The notes under the pieces: generated by a model | Told to the model about the DNA's origin: nothing | What the model saw: only the letters and a program-made list of their open reading frames with translations | Databases searched by the model: none | Virus record (IMG/VR): IMGVR_UViG_3300050491_000011 | Reading direction: 5' to 3' (one strand) | Length of the DNA stretch: 64,000 bases | Source of the DNA: a virus | Taxonomy: Duplodnaviria > Caudoviricetes | Part shown: piece after piece, positions 55,519 to 64,000 of the stretch | Position numbering within the stretch: position 1 is the stretch's first letter | Layout: the number at the start of each line of letters is the position of its first letter | Position numbers and translations under genes: made by a program

Positions 55519-57282
55519 ATGCCTAAAATCACAGTGGAGCTGGCTTCTAACTACGAGAACATCACACGCCCTGTTGCGATGTCGATCGCTCGTGACGTGA
55601 TGAAGCTTTGCAACATCGATCCTAATACTCCTCTGTACATGCCGGGTGAGTTCGACCAGATTAATCAGGCTGGTACTACTCTAGACGGTGAAGCCCCGAT
55701 GTCTTTTGGTGGTAACCAGAAGATCAAGGTGGTCGTCGAAGAAACCCTTCGTAATGAATCGGTCATGCAGCAGGTCATTAAGCAAAATGAAATGCCTGCA
55801 ATGTTTGAAGACAGGAGGTTGGGTATCAGTATCCGTCCTGTCTACATGCAGTCTGACCTGACTCTTACTTTCCAGTACACTTGCGCTAGCCGTCAGCAAG
55901 CCAAGAAGTGGCAGGATGGGTTTGCAGCTCGACGTGCAGAGAACCGTACTTCGACCTCTCATCAGATCGAATACGAGATCCCAATTCAAGAAGGTGTGTT
56001 AGCGTTGCTTGCGCACTTGCATTCGTTGAGGGAGAAGATTGCCGGATATGGCGAGACAGTAGCTGAGTGGTTCAAGTCGTGTCAAAGACGACCGTTCCAA
56101 TTACTCGCTACTCAAGACAAGGACATGAAGAAGTCCATGGTGTCTGTTCCTGAGACTCAGGTTCAGATTACGGGGTGGTGGGATTTCACTGACATTCCGA
56201 AGGAGCAGAAGAACGGTGACACCAGTACGTGGAACATTGAGTTCTCGTATCGCGTCATGTATCACCGCTGCACTCATCTGTACCTTGTCTATCCACTGGT
56301 AGTTCACCAGTCGCACATCTCTCGGAACTACTTCGATTCTAAGCCTCGGTTCAGTCTTGAAGATCTCCCCAAGGAAAGTGCTATCGGTATCCGTGCGCTG
56401 GACTACATGGATCATTACGTCGATTCGTTCCCACAACCGGCGGATGGTCTGCGTTACCCGACGTACGATGAATGGATTCCGGGAAAGGCTCAGCAGCCTC
56501 CGAAGAGTATTCCCGCTGCAAGTTGGATGCTCTCGCTTGATCCGAAAGATCCTCAGAAGATCGGCAACCTTACTCAACTACCCGATATCCGTTTCACTAA
56601 AGAGATGGATACGTACATGCGTGCAAACTACGCAGGTCTGGGTAAGCGGGGACAGGCAACGGTTCTGTTCACGATCTATCAAGACGACACGCCAATGGGT
56701 GAGTCGTGGATCGAGATCGATAAGGATCTGAACATCAGAGCGACCGACGTTCTGGATCTGCGTAAGCAGTACCACTTGCGGATGTCTTTCCCGACGTACT
56801 ATCCGAAGTTCACCAAAGACGCTGTAAGGCAGATGCAGCTCAACAGCATGGCCACACTGCAAGTCTTCCAGTCAATCCTCCCACGATTGAACGTGGAGTA
56901 CGCCAAGGCCATCTTCCTTGATGACCAGTATCTCCCGATCGATTACATCGTCTGGTTCTACAAGTACCTGCAAGATCACGGCCTCGGTTACAACAACGAC
57001 GGTGGTGGCAATCAGGATAACGGTGGGGCTTCTGGTGGCGGACACGTCAATACCGGCACTGGTGTTCCGGGTTACGTGGGTGGTCCTGGTGGTAATCACA
57101 ACGGTGATGGATCTAACGGTTCTGGCAGTAACGGTCACACCGGCGGTAACATCGGCAATGGTGGTGATCGTGATCCGGGGGTTCCTTATCCTGACGATTG
57201 GACCAACGGTGGCGTCTGGACTAAACGCAGCATGAGTGGTGCGCGTTACGTGCAGTTCCTGTACATCGTCCATAAGAAGTAA
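55519..57282 (+). CDS. Virion structural protein (neck or head-completion-like) with a Gly/Asn-rich insertion
   Basis: 587 aa in the virion block; G/N tract near the C-terminus. Confidence 0.65.
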   Translation: MPKITVELASNYENITRPVAMSIARDVMKLCNIDPNTPLYMPGEFDQINQAGTTLDGEAPMSFGGNQKIKVVVEETLRNESVMQQVIKQNEMPAMFEDRRLGISIRPVYMQSDLTLTFQYTCASRQQAKKWQDGFAARRAENRTSTSHQIEYEIPIQEGVLALLAHLHSLREKIAGYGETVAEWFKSCQRRPFQLLATQDKDMKKSMVSVPETQVQITGWWDFTDIPKEQKNGDTSTWNIEFSYRVMYHRCTHLYLVYPLVVHQSHISRNYFDSKPRFSLEDLPKESAIGIRALDYMDHYVDSFPQPADGLRYPTYDEWIPGKAQQPPKSIPAASWMLSLDPKDPQKIGNLTQLPDIRFTKEMDTYMRANYAGLGKRGQATVLFTIYQDDTPMGESWIEIDKDLNIRATDVLDLRKQYHLRMSFPTYYPKFTKDAVRQMQLNSMATLQVFQSILPRLNVEYAKAIFLDDQYLPIDYIVWFYKYLQDHGLGYNNDGGGNQDNGGASGGGHVNTGTGVPGYVGGPGGNHNGDGSNGSGSNGHTGGNIGNGGDRDPGVPYPDDWTNGGVWTKRSMSGARYVQFLYIVHKK

Positions 57283-57290
57283 TCGGTTAT

Positions 57291-57324
57291 GGAGAGTGGG
57301 GTAATCCCACTCTCTTTTATTTTG
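57291..57324 (+). terminator. Rho-independent terminator
   Basis: GAGAGTGGG-GTAAT-CCCACTCTC plus T tract. Confidence 0.8.
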
Positions 57325-57337
57325 TTGGAGGACCATC

Positions 57338-58696
57338 ATGTCGTTTATTGAAATCCCGGACGAAGTTCCGGTAGTGAAACCGAATCTTAAGATCGCTGAT
57401 TCTACTTATCACGGTCAAGTCGTAGAAACCCGTAAACAGGACTTCTTCTCGCTGGCCACTTTTGGCTCTGGCATGAAGATGGCTTGCGACTATTACTCGC
57501 AGGTTGCAGGTAAGGATAACGCAGCGGCATCTTACCAAGATGACCTACCGCCAGTCTTTGGCCAATACCACCTCGTCCGCGGCTTTGAGCTGATCATCAC
57601 CACGCCTCTGTCTCACCAACAGAACAACGATGGCGCAGGGGAATGGGTATCGACTGGCTCCGGTACTGTCTACAGCTGTATCACGCCACAGAACGGCGAG
57701 ATGTTCATTGCCGACATCGGTAACGGACAGGAAGCATTCTTCCAAGTCAACAACCCGCGTCGTCAGGGCATCTATCCTGAATCCCCAACCGAGATCGATT
57801 TCAAGATCACGTTCCCTGCAACCAAGGAGCTGATCGAGCGTCTCAATAAGTACCGCGTAGTTGAGACCTTCTACTTCCATCGTGAGAACTATCGCAATGG
57901 CGTGAAGTGTCTGCTGCGTCGTGAAGAGGTAGATATCAACCGCCGTCTGGTTGATGCGTTCCGTCGGATGGTTCCTCTGTACTTCCGTGACTTCTTCGCC
58001 GATCGCTTCAACACCTTCTTGGTGCCGGGTCAGCTCACCAGCACTTACGATCCGAACGTCGTCAAGTTCCTGAAGTCGATCCTCGGGACTGAGCATCATC
58101 ACCTGATGAACACGCTCACAGAACTCGGCGTAGCACATGACGTATATTCTAACCAGATTACGTTATTTGATGTAATTGCTAAGCGTGACTACAACCTCCT
58201 GTACAGCGCCTCACGCCATCTTCAGGTCGCACACGTTGAACGCATGCGCCAACACGCTCTCATGCGCTCTATCGTCTTCAGCGGCGTTAAACAGATGCTT
58301 ATCGCGGTTGATGTCGCTAATAGCAACAACAATCCGATCTGCCCACCGGGCGCGTGGGGTCAATTGCAGGACGGTGGTGTACGTCAGCCAAACATGCGCT
58401 CGATTCTTCCTAACTTGGATCTGACTGATCCTGCCCCAGCTGGTCCGCCAGTAACTGAATTGGTCAAGCCTATCTTGGTTGACGACTTCTACGTTCTGAG
58501 CCAGCAGTTCTACGACGATGTTCCTGGGCAGAGCAAGTTGGAAGTTCTGGTTGGACAGACCCTGCGTGGTCAGGCAATCGATCTGGAAGTGTTGGCCGAC
58601 GTGGCTGATGCATCCATCAAGTTCGATAACCTCGAGCGGTTCTATTACACGCCGATCATTCTGGCTCTCATCAAGATGGCCTCAGGTGTACTCTAA
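57338..58696 (+). CDS. Virion structural protein (head-tail connector-like)
   Basis: 452 aa; GGAGG SD; the function is an inference from synteny. Confidence 0.6.
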   Translation: MSFIEIPDEVPVVKPNLKIADSTYHGQVVETRKQDFFSLATFGSGMKMACDYYSQVAGKDNAAASYQDDLPPVFGQYHLVRGFELIITTPLSHQQNNDGAGEWVSTGSGTVYSCITPQNGEMFIADIGNGQEAFFQVNNPRRQGIYPESPTEIDFKITFPATKELIERLNKYRVVETFYFHRENYRNGVKCLLRREEVDINRRLVDAFRRMVPLYFRDFFADRFNTFLVPGQLTSTYDPNVVKFLKSILGTEHHHLMNTLTELGVAHDVYSNQITLFDVIAKRDYNLLYSASRHLQVAHVERMRQHALMRSIVFSGVKQMLIAVDVANSNNNPICPPGAWGQLQDGGVRQPNMRSILPNLDLTDPAPAGPPVTELVKPILVDDFYVLSQQFYDDVPGQSKLEVLVGQTLRGQAIDLEVLADVADASIKFDNLERFYYTPIILALIKMASGVL

Positions 58697-59319
58697 TGAG
58701 ATCACAACCGATTTCCAAGTCTGCGAACTTCAGGTTCTCAGCGGATACCGTGCATGATACCGACGATACGTCGTTCCTGATCTTCAACAAGCAGGCGCTT
58801 CATCTGTACGAGATCGACTACAGTCACTTCAAGGCCATGAACGGAATCCTGAACCAACCTATCGTTGGCCGGTATACCGAACGTGAGATGGATAACCTGA
58901 CGAAGGAGATGGTTCCTACGGCGAGTTGTATCTGGGATATGGTTAAGCAGTTTCTGGACGGAGCCCACATTCGGATTCCCTGCCCAAAGACAGCTGCGCT
59001 TATCTACAAGACGATTGCTCGTCACGTTGAGGCTCACCTACTGGCTATGCGAACTATCAAGATGTACGAGGCTCCAGATCCTGAGGACTTCCGTGCATTG
59101 ACAGAGTTCGCTGTCGGCATTCGCACCAACGCCATGCGTAGCGATCTTGACATCGACGGCAAGCAGGCTCAAGGCATCAACCGTACTCAGCTCCCAGTCC
59201 GTGCGTCGTTCAGTCGTCAAACGGTTACTGAGGACCTTGAGAAGAAGCCTGACATTCCAAGAGTGATGCAGAAGATGGACTGCATCGATCGGTATCTGGA
59301 GTCGATAGGTGGCCGTTGA
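58696..59319 (+). CDS. Conserved hypothetical protein
   Basis: TAATG coupling. Confidence 0.7.
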   Translation: MRSQPISKSANFRFSADTVHDTDDTSFLIFNKQALHLYEIDYSHFKAMNGILNQPIVGRYTEREMDNLTKEMVPTASCIWDMVKQFLDGAHIRIPCPKTAALIYKTIARHVEAHLLAMRTIKMYEAPDPEDFRALTEFAVGIRTNAMRSDLDIDGKQAQGINRTQLPVRASFSRQTVTEDLEKKPDIPRVMQKMDCIDRYLESIGGR

Positions 59320-60724
59320 ATTAGATTCCTCGCCGATTGCCCAAGAGCTCGCCCTCATCGTTAAGGAAGGTGGTAGTCCTTACTTCTTGTTCGCAGTGAC
59401 CATCCACTGTGGCGGTAAAGACATTGCCCCTCACCAAGTGTTGAGGTTCGACGTTGGGCGCAACTACCGTGGCGCTTACACGGATGACCTATCTATCGTG
59501 CTGGCGCTTGGCGCCGGTACATTGATGAACGACATTGGTCCGTATCAAGACGACATCAAGATCACCATCAACATCTCCAATGCTGATACAACCGGTACGC
59601 AGAAGACCGATCAAGCGGTGATGTCCAGAACGTACGTCGCGTATCTGGGTGATGAGATCCCACGTCCATCCGATACAGCGTATAACCCATCGTTGCAGGA
59701 TACCGAGACAGCTAACCGCAGCTCTATCAAGAACACGACGTTTGTGTTGGAGATGGCAGCCGTTAGTCAGTTGAGGAAGCAAAGCCTCGGAACGATCGGT
59801 AAAGCATGCCCTCCTTACGAGCTCATGCGTACGCTGATGACGAAAGCGTGTCAAGCGTTGAAGTTGGGTAAGGATGAAGTCATCGACAAGTTCGATATGA
59901 CCGAGGCCAACAACCAGACTCCTCGTGACCACGTCATCGTTCCGGATAACACGCCTGTCTTGGAGATCCCTGATTACATCCAGAACAAGTCTGGTGGGAT
60001 TTACTCGACAGGTCTTGGGTTCTATATCCAAGGACAATGTCTGTTCACTTGGCCGATGTACGATACCACCCGTCAAGACTCCGCTAAGCGAGTGTTGCAG
60101 GTTGTGATGGCTCCTAGTCGTCACTCTGCTGTTCTCGATAAAACGTGGCGTGACGGTGGGCGGATGATCAGCATTTACTCGGCTGGTGTTTCTAAGATCC
60201 TCGACGATTCATTGGGTCAGCTGAACATCGGGGGTAACGCCGTTCGTTACACCAACGCTAACCAGTTGGTAGACGGTGGTCCTGTAGTTGCCGGTAACAA
60301 GATGACAGCCAGTCGTACAACCAACAACCAAGAGTTCTCGACAACGGTTGTGGGTAACGGTCAGAACCTCGCTAAAGCCGCTGGATCGAAAGTAACCGAT
60401 AACGTGTACTTGGAGGCCAGCAAGCTGGCGAAACGTTCAGGTGCGATGATGGTGATCCCTTGGAAGCGAAGTAATCCAGAGCTCATCACTCCGGGTATGG
60501 CTACCGAGATCAATTACGATCATGATGGCATTATCCGGACGATCGAAGGTACTGTGGTTTCATGCTACAGCTCTTACGAGTTGGAAGGTCAAGGCATGAA
60601 CGCTGGTCGGTGGTACGCTGCATCTGTAGTAACGGTCTTCATCGATCGGAATGATCCTGACTATATCGCTTACCTACAAGGTGGCGGTACGATCAGTGCT
60701 GTTCCAGAGATGGGTGAGATCTAA
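59309..60724 (+). CDS. Baseplate hub-like protein (T4 gp27 / P2 gpD-like)
   Basis: 471 aa; C-terminal NPELITPGM resembles the gpD G-x-P-x-L-x-PG motif; inference. Confidence 0.5.
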   Translation: MAVELDSSPIAQELALIVKEGGSPYFLFAVTIHCGGKDIAPHQVLRFDVGRNYRGAYTDDLSIVLALGAGTLMNDIGPYQDDIKITINISNADTTGTQKTDQAVMSRTYVAYLGDEIPRPSDTAYNPSLQDTETANRSSIKNTTFVLEMAAVSQLRKQSLGTIGKACPPYELMRTLMTKACQALKLGKDEVIDKFDMTEANNQTPRDHVIVPDNTPVLEIPDYIQNKSGGIYSTGLGFYIQGQCLFTWPMYDTTRQDSAKRVLQVVMAPSRHSAVLDKTWRDGGRMISIYSAGVSKILDDSLGQLNIGGNAVRYTNANQLVDGGPVVAGNKMTASRTTNNQEFSTTVVGNGQNLAKAAGSKVTDNVYLEASKLAKRSGAMMVIPWKRSNPELITPGMATEINYDHDGIIRTIEGTVVSCYSSYELEGQGMNAGRWYAASVVTVFIDRNDPDYIAYLQGGGTISAVPEMGEI

Positions 60725-60738
60725 CAATCGCTGAGTCA

Positions 60739-60746
60739 CACATTAC
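60739..60746 (+). promoter_or_regulatory. CACATTAC variant early promoter
   Basis: GAGTCACACATTACCGACGTAGAATCT matches the 26251 context at 23 of 27 positions. Confidence 0.55.
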
Positions 60747-60764
60747 CGACGTAGAATCTAATCA

Positions 60765-60792
60765 CCGGGGGAGTAATTCCCCGGCCTTTTTC
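60765..60792 (+). terminator. Hairpin CCGGGGGAG-TAA-TTCCCCGG plus T tract
   Basis: Inverted repeat read directly. Confidence 0.65.
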
Positions 60793-60847
60793 TGCATCGG
60801 TAAGAAGGAACCATTTTGAATGCATTCTAATTTCAAGGAACTTAACC

Positions 60848-61603
60848 ATGAACACTACTCTGTCCCCAGACAGACCTGTAGTTGAGAGGAATACAATACT
60901 CAACTTAATTGTCAGAACCGACAACGGCAAACAAGAGTACGGACTCTTCCTCGTCCTCGAAAGCTTTGATTATAACGACGCAATGGCAGAAGTTCGTATC
61001 GACGGCGCTGTGAAGTCCGAAGATGTATTCTCCAAGCTCACACGGCAGCTTGTGGAACGCAAAACGATCATGCCTGTTGAATCGTACACTTTGGATTTAG
61101 GAGAGCGTGGGCGAGCTTGTGGAGCCTTGAAGGATAGCTACCATCATCAGCTCAACGACTGGTCTAGCATGGCCAAGGTGTTGATGACTGAAGTTGAGAA
61201 ACATCACTTCGACTTCATGGGTCCTGAAGGACTCCTCCATCTACTCAAGGTCAATAACGGCCCGACGCTTGGACAGGTCTTCATCGAAATCAAAACGGGG
61301 AACTACGAATACACAACGCTGGACATCATCGGACCTGAAGGGGCTGACTACCCTGAAGACTTCAAAGGCATGATTCAGCGGGAGATCACACGTTTCCTCA
61401 GAGACAAGTACAGCGACGTTCCATTCGAGCTCATGGTTAGTATCCGCCAGTCGGATCTGTCCAAAGCTATCGAGGTGTTACATGTCGTCAAGTCAAGCTC
61501 TAATCACAGACATTTTCAAATCGGAGTTACTAAACGATTTAGACGGCCCGATGCTGGTGTCGTTGGCAATACAAGCGTGGCTCACCAATCACTTACTGGA
61601 TGA
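60848..61603 (+). CDS. Hypothetical protein
   Basis: AAGGA SD; 251 aa. Confidence 0.7.
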   Translation: MNTTLSPDRPVVERNTILNLIVRTDNGKQEYGLFLVLESFDYNDAMAEVRIDGAVKSEDVFSKLTRQLVERKTIMPVESYTLDLGERGRACGALKDSYHHQLNDWSSMAKVLMTEVEKHHFDFMGPEGLLHLLKVNNGPTLGQVFIEIKTGNYEYTTLDIIGPEGADYPEDFKGMIQREITRFLRDKYSDVPFELMVSIRQSDLSKAIEVLHVVKSSSNHRHFQIGVTKRFRRPDAGVVGNTSVAHQSLTG

Positions 61604-61760
61604 CTTGCTTTACTCGTTTCAACTGAACAACATCACCTTCATTCAAACAGACCAATTCCTTCACTTATACGTTCGAGGACAAAGATTGAAAGTCCCACTC
61701 ATCAACTTCATTACAGGAGAACGCTATGGCCAAGCGGAGAACACCGGACGAGATCAGTAA
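61482..61760 (+). CDS. Small hypothetical protein
   Basis: GAGGTG SD; overlaps both neighbours. Confidence 0.55.
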   Translation: MSSSQALITDIFKSELLNDLDGPMLVSLAIQAWLTNHLLDDLLYSFQLNNITFIQTDQFLHLYVRGQRLKVPLINFITGERYGQAENTGRDQ

Positions 61761-62202
61761 AGCCAAGGATGACATCATCACTACGCTTTCCATCGCGGCT
61801 CTCTCAGGGGCTGATAACGCCAAGATCCAACAGATCGCTTACTCGCTAATCGACAGAGCGCCAGGCGCTATGAAGAAAAGCTTCCTCCTTCCGTTGGCTC
61901 AGAGTGAAGAAGCTCTGGACATCGTGTTGGAAGAGATGTGCTTCCCTCAGACAGAGAAGTGGATCGGCACTGCCCGCATTAACGATTACGAATATGACAT
62001 CACCTTGAAGTGGACTGACACTTTGACGTATGTCCAATCCGAAGTCGTCGAACTCATCGCATCACAATTCCTTCAACGTGGTTTCACATCGGGTCGCCTT
62101 TACCTTCGCTTCACCCATCCTCAATACCGCTTCGAAGATAGCACCAGCGTCGACATGCAAACCTTCTGTGACCAAACACAGATGGGCTTGAAAGTTGCCT
62201 GA
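61726..62202 (+). CDS. Hypothetical protein
   Basis: AGGAG SD; 158 aa. Confidence 0.7.
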   Translation: MAKRRTPDEISKAKDDIITTLSIAALSGADNAKIQQIAYSLIDRAPGAMKKSFLLPLAQSEEALDIVLEEMCFPQTEKWIGTARINDYEYDITLKWTDTLTYVQSEVVELIASQFLQRGFTSGRLYLRFTHPQYRFEDSTSVDMQTFCDQTQMGLKVA

Positions 62203-62205
62203 CAC

Positions 62206-62253
62206 GACATAAAGCCCGGCATTGCGCCGGGCTTTATGCTCACTCTTTTTTTT
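62206..62253. repeat. Terminator palindrome nearly identical to 33546-33592
   Basis: CATAAAGCCCGGCATTG(C/A)GCCGGGCTTTATG...CACTCTTTTTTTT. Confidence 0.85.
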
Positions 62254-62255
62254 GC

Positions 62256-63446
62256 TTACTCTGGGTCTTTGTCGCTGTACTGACGAAGACTTGCGTTGGC
62301 GTGCAGATACGCCGACTGAGCAATGCCACCCAGAACCGGGAGGATGGTGCGAGGACCAGTACCGATACGCCCCATGATCTTCGATACGATTGCCGGACCT
62401 TGCTTAACCCGGTTCTTGTCGATGCCGCCGCTCATGGACTTCAGGTCGCTGATAGCGATACGCAGATCACGCTTGATGTCGCCCATCAGCTTACCAACGT
62501 TACCGAGACCACGGCAGATGTCACGGATCTCGCCGAAACCGCAGACGAAGGTGCCTTCATTGATCTTGGTGGACGAGCGGGTAACTTTGATAGCGGCGTT
62601 CAGCACGTTGATATCGTTGTCACCAGCGGATACGGCCACGTCATTCAGACCTGGGTACTCGTAGAACTCGTTGGTGCCGTTCGGAGTGCCTTGCGGCAGA
62701 TCGGCTTCAGCGACTTCCTGACCACCCTTCAACTTGTCAGTGACAGTCTTGGAGAGCTTGGAGTACATCTTGATCCAGTCTTCAGTCAGGGTCTTACTGA
62801 AGTTGCAGGCGGTGTCCAAAGACTGAGCTGGTGTCAGGGTCTTCGAACTGGTCTGCAAGTAAGCAGCCCACTTAGGCGCGCCGTCGAACTTGTCTTTCTT
62901 CAGAGTGCCAGCGGCCTGGTTCTGACGAGAGATCAAGTTGTCGCGCATCTTGTAGACAGCGCTTTCGGTCTTGCCGTAGTTGTTCATCAGACCGGTCAGC
63001 ATCTCGGCCAGCTTAGCGCAAGCGGCTTTGAAAGCTTCCCACATGCGAGCGATCAGGCCTTTCGATTTGCCTTCAGTTTCCTGACGGTTCTCGAAGCTGG
63101 TCTGATGTACGCCGATGGATTCGAACGACGCAGAGAACACCGCATCAGGAACTGGCAGGTCAGCGGCACGCAGGATGTTACCCACACCCAGTTGGTATTG
63201 ACGTGCAGTCTTCGAGTTCCAGTTATCAGCCGGTACGCGTTCCATGAAGCTCGAAACGAACGACTCCAGGGATACGGTTACTTCAGCGATGCTTTCAACG
63301 TTGCGGCTACCTTCAGCGATTTCAACGTCGCTAGCAACAGCGTCGGATACGCAATCAGCCATCTCGTTGATGACCACGTCAGTTGGGTTCTCTTCCAACA
63401 TCATGGCGTCAGCGGCTTGCTGTAGTGGATCATCGTGTACAATCAT
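62256..63446 (-). CDS. phiKZ-type internal head protein paralogue
   Basis: VSLE-SF and ASFE-SI maturation sites; ATG 63446 with GAGGT SD (track start 63485). Confidence 0.72.
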   Translation of the reverse strand: MIVHDDPLQQAADAMMLEENPTDVVINEMADCVSDAVASDVEIAEGSRNVESIAEVTVSLESFVSSFMERVPADNWNSKTARQYQLGVGNILRAADLPVPDAVFSASFESIGVHQTSFENRQETEGKSKGLIARMWEAFKAACAKLAEMLTGLMNNYGKTESAVYKMRDNLISRQNQAAGTLKKDKFDGAPKWAAYLQTSSKTLTPAQSLDTACNFSKTLTEDWIKMYSKLSKTVTDKLKGGQEVAEADLPQGTPNGTNEFYEYPGLNDVAVSAGDNDINVLNAAIKVTRSSTKINEGTFVCGFGEIRDICRGLGNVGKLMGDIKRDLRIAISDLKSMSGGIDKNRVKQGPAIVSKIMGRIGTGPRTILPVLGGIAQSAYLHANASLRQYSDKDPE

Positions 63447-63456
63447 GGAAAAGACC

Positions 63457-64000
63457 TCAGTTGTAAGCGTTGGCACATTCGTCAATGTAACGAATGCTTG
63501 CCTTGATGGTTTTGAGGAAGTACGGGGTGGAGTTAATCCAGCCCTGTGCTGCCAAGCTACATGCTTTGTTCAGGGTGCCGAGTGCAGTCCGGAGTACTGC
63601 CACATCAGTCTTCTCGTTGTGCTCTGTAACGCTCTTCGAGAGTTTGCCGACCTTATCGGTAATGGCTGTGAAAGCACTCATCTCACGCTTGAGCTGATGG
63701 AGGACATTGAGCCCATCATTGCAAACGGAGACACCTGTCTTCAGTTCAGCTACAGAAAGCAGATCAGCTTTCGTGTTGTTGACCATGGCAGCTTGATGGA
63801 TCTTGATCTTAGTCCCCATGATCGGGTTATCGCCAGCACCCGGAGTAAGCTCCAGATAGTGGTTCGGCGTAACGTCGAGCTTGATCGCCTTAACGGAGAC
63901 AGACTTCTTCGCAAACTCGGTAATACTCTTACCGATCTGATCAGCCTTTACTCCAGCGATATTGGTTGGCAGCGGGAACTCAACCAAACTCTTCCAGCCA
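63457..64000 (-). CDS. Partial CDS (5' end outside the window), probably another internal head paralogue
   Basis: Frame open to the window edge; C-terminal helices resemble the neighbouring paralogues. Confidence 0.6.
   Translation of the reverse strand, partial: GWKSLVEFPLPTNIAGVKADQIGKSITEFAKKSVSVKAIKLDVTPNHYLELTPGAGDNPIMGTKIKIHQAAMVNNTKADLLSVAELKTGVSVCNDGLNVLHQLKREMSAFTAITDKVGKLSKSVTEHNEKTDVAVLRTALGTLNKACSLAAQGWINSTPYFLKTIKASIRYIDECANAYN

Noticed and set aside
1-64000. Alternative genetic code or stop-codon reassignment, as in some jumbo phages
   Set aside because: All recognisable core genes are full length under the standard code, and TAA, TAG and TGA all serve as stops
1-64000. tRNA, rRNA, CRISPR array, transposase, integrase or intein
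   Set aside because: No cloverleaf, repeat-spacer array or diagnostic motifs were recognised by eye; a tRNAscan/Infernal run would be needed to exclude divergent RNAs

Overview
This 64-kb window comes from a nucleus-forming, phiKZ-like jumbo phage (Chimalliviridae); the codon usage of its highly biased genes looks Pseudomonas-like, which is an inference. The left half carries the phage-nucleus and replication core: tubulin PhuZ, a split family-B DNA polymerase, chimallin (ChmA), four non-virion RNA polymerase subunits, an SbcD-like nuclease, ChmC, the importer PicA and an SF2 helicase. The right half carries virion genes: a virion RNAP beta' piece, baseplate and neck-like proteins, and internal head proteins with S/A/G-x-E maturation sites. 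ChmA, ChmC, PicA and the sigma-like subunit are assigned mainly from size and synteny with phiKZ/PhiPA3, not from alignments. Best new candidates: (1) a probable programmed -1 frameshift (C CCA AAG, 53666-53672) adding a 120-aa domain to an internal head protein; (2) a second probable -1 frameshift (T TTT TTT, 39844-39850) giving a tail-chaperone G/GT-like pair; (3) a tandem array of about ten overlapping small genes between phuZ and polB that share an N-terminal xIVDIxD-type motif; (4) low-complexity tails on the nucleus proteins, including a bacterial SSB-like FDDDIPF end on ChmC and a shared GGxGW end on PicA and its neighbour; (5) a TACATTAC promoter-like motif and a family of CATA...TATG-flanked terminator palindromes. 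No tRNA, rRNA, CRISPR array, intron, intein or transposase was recognised.
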